From the NCBI GenBank assembly GCA_037305845.1, contig CP147778.1, positions 2,368,001 through 2,432,000 of the forward strand: a DNA stretch of 64,000 nt, written 5' to 3'. Under the pieces are notes generated by a model, which ran no database searches, was not told where the DNA came from, and saw nothing but the letters and a program-made list of their open reading frames with translations. Source of the stretch: Candidatus Freyarchaeum deiterrae (GTDB taxonomy: Archaea > Asgardarchaeota > Jordiarchaeia > Jordiarchaeales > Jordiarchaeaceae). Of this stretch, positions 60,383-64,000 are shown one piece after another; positions within the stretch are counted from its first letter, which is position 1, and every line of letters starts with the position of its first letter. Made by a program: the position numbers and the translations under genes.

Positions 60383-61801
60383 TTATTCTTCGTCCTCACC
60401 TAAATTAAATTCTTGGTGAATCGCTTGAACCGCTTTTTGGAGATCCTCCCTCGAAACCACTAGTGAAACATTTAGCTCACTGCTTCCCTGCGCGATTGCC
60501 CTTATGTTAACTCTGGCATTTCCCAGCGCTGAAAAGATTCTCCCCGCAACTCCGCATGTGTTTTTCATGCCTGCTCCGACAATGCTTAATAAGCTTACAT
60601 CGTCCTCCATTTCTATGTTAACCCACTCTTTTCCGAAAAAGGGTGACCAGTTAAGCGACTTAATTGCCTTATCCTTATCCTCATCGCTCACAAGGAATGT
60701 GATGTTATTCTCAGACGAAGATTGGGATATCATTATTACATTGACGTTATTTTTACCCATTAAATCAAAAAGTTTTGCAGCGGTCCCTGGTCTAGACACC
60801 ATTGCCTCTCCTTCAACAGTAATCATGTTAACATTTTTCGTTTCCGCGATTGCCTTAACTACGCTCTCCTTTGTTTTTATACCCTTAGATATTCTGGTGT
60901 ATCGGTCTGGGTTAAAATTCTCAAAGTTTCGAATTTCCACTGGAATCTCTTTTCTCTCAACCGGAAATACGCATAATGGGTGAAGCAACTTGGCTCCGAA
61001 GAAAGCCAGTTCTTTTGCTTCAGAATATGATATGTCTTTTATAAGATGTGCACTGGGTTCTAGTTTGGGATTGGCGGTGAGTAATCCATCCACGTCTTTC
61101 CAGAGTATTACCTTCACTTCATTGTTTCCGTTGCTTAGACAATAAGCTAGTATCGTCGCGGTAAAATCACTTCCGCCTCTACCCAATAAGGTTACATTTC
61201 CCTGAACGTCTCTACCAAAAAACCCGGTTACAACAGGTATCTTGCCCTCAGAGAGAAGCGGTACTATTATCTCGTTTATCCTTTGCTCCGTTCTGTCTAG
61301 AATGGGAAGAGCGTTTTGCGTTTCATTTGTAGTAAATATCAAGTCATAAGAACTTACGTAAACCGTCCTGAAACCCTCTGATTCCAAATATCTCTGAAGA
61401 ATAATTGTCGAAAGTCTCTCACCAAAGCTAGAAACTAAATCCAATTTTTCAGGCTTTAAACCGTAATCCCAAATATCCTTCAAAGCAGCTTCAAGTTTAC
61501 TTATCTCTGTCTGAATTTCATCTAAAGCCGTTTCCTTGAGACCATTTCCTATAACTTTCTCCACTAGTGATGTGTGTTTGTCGGCTATGCAGTCAAGTTC
61601 TTTATCGAAGTCTACATCATGTTTCTCAGTGGTTTTCGCCAAATCTATAAGGTTGTTTGTAACTCCATAAAGAGCCGAGGAAACTAGTATCAACTCTTTT
61701 TGAGAATACCCTTTTAAAATGTCAGAAATTCGATGGAACGATTCCAAGTCTCTAAGACAACTACCACCGAATTTCATCACTATTCTGTTTCCAATTTTCA
61801 A
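60383..61801 (-). CDS. lysC: Aspartate kinase
   Basis: MKFGG, SFGERLS, LGRGGSDFTA, DVDG and two ACT domains. Confidence 0.95.
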   Translation of the reverse strand: MKIGNRIVMKFGGSCLRDLESFHRISDILKGYSQKELILVSSALYGVTNNLIDLAKTTEKHDVDFDKELDCIADKHTSLVEKVIGNGLKETALDEIQTEISKLEAALKDIWDYGLKPEKLDLVSSFGERLSTIILQRYLESEGFRTVYVSSYDLIFTTNETQNALPILDRTEQRINEIIVPLLSEGKIPVVTGFFGRDVQGNVTLLGRGGSDFTATILAYCLSNGNNEVKVILWKDVDGLLTANPKLEPSAHLIKDISYSEAKELAFFGAKLLHPLCVFPVERKEIPVEIRNFENFNPDRYTRISKGIKTKESVVKAIAETKNVNMITVEGEAMVSRPGTAAKLFDLMGKNNVNVIMISQSSSENNITFLVSDEDKDKAIKSLNWSPFFGKEWVNIEMEDDVSLLSIVGAGMKNTCGVAGRIFSALGNARVNIRAIAQGSSELNVSLVVSREDLQKAVQAIHQEFNLGEDEE

Positions 61802-61954
61802 TCCACCTTAAAAATAATTGAAGAAGACAGTTATACTCATCGGATATAAAATTTTTGTTAAGAGTATGTTGCGCCTCCTAATAAATGTATTTTTCAAAAA
61901 TTTAGTTGGAAAGCTAACCACTTTGTTTGGGGGTTAGTTTAAGCGATTGAGGTT

Positions 61955-62587
61955 TCAATCTGCTGTGAATGTTATCCAATTCTGGGATGCTGCAAAATTA
62001 ATTATTTTCTCTACTAGGCTTTGATCTAATTCCAGAATACTGGCAATCTGTTTTATTCGGCAGTTTCCCTCAGAAATCAATACTACATCTATTCCCTGAT
62101 TGCCGAATCTTTTCAGAATTTCCTTCCTTTCGTAAGCGCTGGGCGATAAAAATCTTGAGGTTTCCAAAACTCTTTTGGGCTTCTTCCTAAGTACTTCTTC
62201 TCTTTCACATTTTCCAATTTGCTCATTAACAAAAAATTGGAATTCCTCTAACTCTTGTGAAGCAATTCCATTTAGCAAATCACCCAGAAGAAAAAACTTA
62301 TCCTTAAAGGTTTTAGCGAAGAATGTTCCAATATCTAAAAGCTCATTCCTAAACTCCATCCTAACATCAGTAGCAGCAATAAAAAGAATTCTCATAATTT
62401 CCTCTATGGTAAACTTTATGTCGGAAAGAACTATTTGAAACGATTTATCACCATTTTTAGAAAAAATAGTTAAAGCCGCGTTCATCAGACTCGGAAACGC
62501 ACTACTCGGAACAGAGGGGTCACAAAAATTTTTAGAAAAAAGAGTTTTCCCAGTATGGTCTTTGACGTAAACACCATAAACAACCAA
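61955..62587 (-). CDS. Longin-like domain + C-terminal winged-helix protein
   Basis: VYGVYVKDHTGKTLFSKNF longin-like start; EGNCRIKQIASILELD wHTH. Likely start is the TTG at 62587 after GAGGT (ORF track gives 62674). Confidence 0.65.
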   Translation of the reverse strand: MVVYGVYVKDHTGKTLFSKNFCDPSVPSSAFPSLMNAALTIFSKNGDKSFQIVLSDIKFTIEEIMRILFIAATDVRMEFRNELLDIGTFFAKTFKDKFFLLGDLLNGIASQELEEFQFFVNEQIGKCEREEVLRKKPKRVLETSRFLSPSAYERKEILKRFGNQGIDVVLISEGNCRIKQIASILELDQSLVEKIINFAASQNWITFTAD

Positions 62588-62909
62588 TATGGAATACCTC
62601 CTCTGCTTATCAAACTCTACATTTAATAATTCTCGCTTTCCTTTTCCGAGTCCGCGTTCTATAAAATAGGTCACTTGAAGTGTCGTACCTTTAATTTTAT
62701 ATACACCAAGTGAGTTTATTAATTTATCTTAGTACTTACAAAAAAATTTTTAAAAAGAGTAATACGAAAAATACTATTCTTGACTAATATTAATATACTT
62801 CAACTGAGCTTTTTATTACGTTAGAAAAACTTGTATATTCTCAAAAACATAGTAATAAACAAGAACCATAAAAGAGCACAATAATAATTTATTAACTTCC
62901 GGCAAGTGG

Positions 62910-63287
62910 GTGATTCAAATTCCTCTTGGACTAATGGTTTTGAAATGGGATGGCGAATTAGGAGCAGTAGTTGAAGCAATGTTCCCGAAAAATCTATCAA
63001 TAACCCCTAATTTCGTGAACCAAATTTTCAGTATGCATTTCTCAGGCGACCTTAGTAATGCTCAAAATTTGATACATTTACAAGCTTCTGACAAAAAAAT
63101 TGTTAGCAAACTAATGAACTTCGGTTCAATAAAAAGAAGTGTAGCACTAATCATGTACAAGAATGAATCAATTCCGAACAATGAGGAAAAACTGGTAGAG
63201 ATCTCGAAAATAGTAAAATCAAATTTGAATTACGGGTTAACGAACTTAGAATCAATATACAAACAGCACTTCTCACGCAATAAATAA
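62910..63287 (+). CDS. uDENN/longin-like small protein
   Basis: GLMVLKWDGELGAVVEAMFP resembles the uDENN-type F/WD...GP.....YP start. Confidence 0.55.
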   Translation: MIQIPLGLMVLKWDGELGAVVEAMFPKNLSITPNFVNQIFSMHFSGDLSNAQNLIHLQASDKKIVSKLMNFGSIKRSVALIMYKNESIPNNEEKLVEISKIVKSNLNYGLTNLESIYKQHFSRNK

Positions 63288-63301
63288 AAGAAAATTTTTT
63301 T

Positions 63302-64000
63302 CTAAACAACAAACGCAATTTCTTTATTGAATTTTTGGCCGTCAACCTCTAAGATTCTAGATATGGTTCCCTTCCTCTTAGATTGCATTCGCACTTCTTT
63401 CGGTGGAAGCTTTTCCTTATTCTCTGGAAACACTAGTTCATTTATATGATATATGTTAGTCAAGCTTAAAGATGTAAATGGCAGAGAAATTTTGCCTGCG
63501 AAATCTGGAGCAAGCTCTCTTGTAAGATCCTGCAGAATATCTTCGCCCCCTTCGACGGCTCCGCTGCAAAACTTGGTGGGGTCCTTCGCCTCACCCGCCA
63601 TAGGCTTTGGAAAATTGGCTTTCATCACCAGTTTCCAAGAACCGGAGCTGGGCTTTATGCTAAGGAGAAGTGTAGATTTATCCCCAATACTTGCATATAA
63701 ATCTCTCAACTCCTCAGAGGTAACCGTAGTGTTCACAGCCGCTTTATAGACCGCTGTTGATTTTTTCATTTTTGTTCCAAGCATATCCAATTCACTGGAA
63801 AAGTCTTGGCTTGAAAAGATGTTACCTTTCACGCTGCAATCTGCACTAGGAGCCCTTTTAATTACGAATTCCAAAACAAAATCCTGATAATCGAAACTCG
63901 CCTTGAAATTAACAACCTTCTTTTTCACATTAACTAATATTTTTGGGCCATCAAATACTCCGGTTGAAAACTTTACAAATCTTCTGTGAATCTCATCATC
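63302..64000 (-). CDS. Hypothetical protein, 5'-truncated by the window edge
   Basis: Frame stays open beyond 63928 to the window end (DDEIHRRFVKFSTGVFDGPKILVNVKKK...). Confidence 0.75.
   Translation of the reverse strand, partial: DDEIHRRFVKFSTGVFDGPKILVNVKKKVVNFKASFDYQDFVLEFVIKRAPSADCSVKGNIFSSQDFSSELDMLGTKMKKSTAVYKAAVNTTVTSEELRDLYASIGDKSTLLLSIKPSSGSWKLVMKANFPKPMAGEAKDPTKFCSGAVEGGEDILQDLTRELAPDFAGKISLPFTSLSLTNIYHINELVFPENKEKLPPKEVRMQSKRKGTISRILEVDGQKFNKEIAFVV

Overview
This is a gene-dense, AT-rich archaeal chromosomal window. It has an archaeal-type GluRS, HdrCBA-MvhD, a TET peptidase and MtxX, plus several eukaryotic-signature-like proteins (a gelsolin-type domain, longin/uDENN-like folds, roadblock plus small GTPase). 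Together these suggest an Asgard archaeon (inference). Housekeeping blocks are acyl-CoA ligases, a heterodisulfide reductase operon, gltX, and an aspartate kinase/ACT/hom/thrC operon. Five loci stand out. (1) Two convergent operons (7817-17096) centre on a 1191-aa GCS2-type carboxylate-amine ligase fused to a chain of Ig-like domains, with an amidohydrolase, a CDC48N-like/vWA protein and coiled-coil proteins; this is a candidate protein/peptide ligation-deconjugation system. (2) A KaiB-KaiC-KaiC/GTPase-roadblock-KaiC signalling operon. (3) A MoxR AAA+ / vWA pair apparently joined by a +1 frameshift at UUU_UUU_CGC. (4) A membrane-anchored subtilase lacking its catalytic Ser, with Site-1-protease-like S8+GIFT+TM architecture, head-to-head with an ABC-2 exporter. 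(5) A solenoid+Ig / longin / TPR cluster reminiscent of trafficking adaptor complexes. No rRNA, tRNA or CRISPR array was seen. All family calls are by motif recognition, without database searches.
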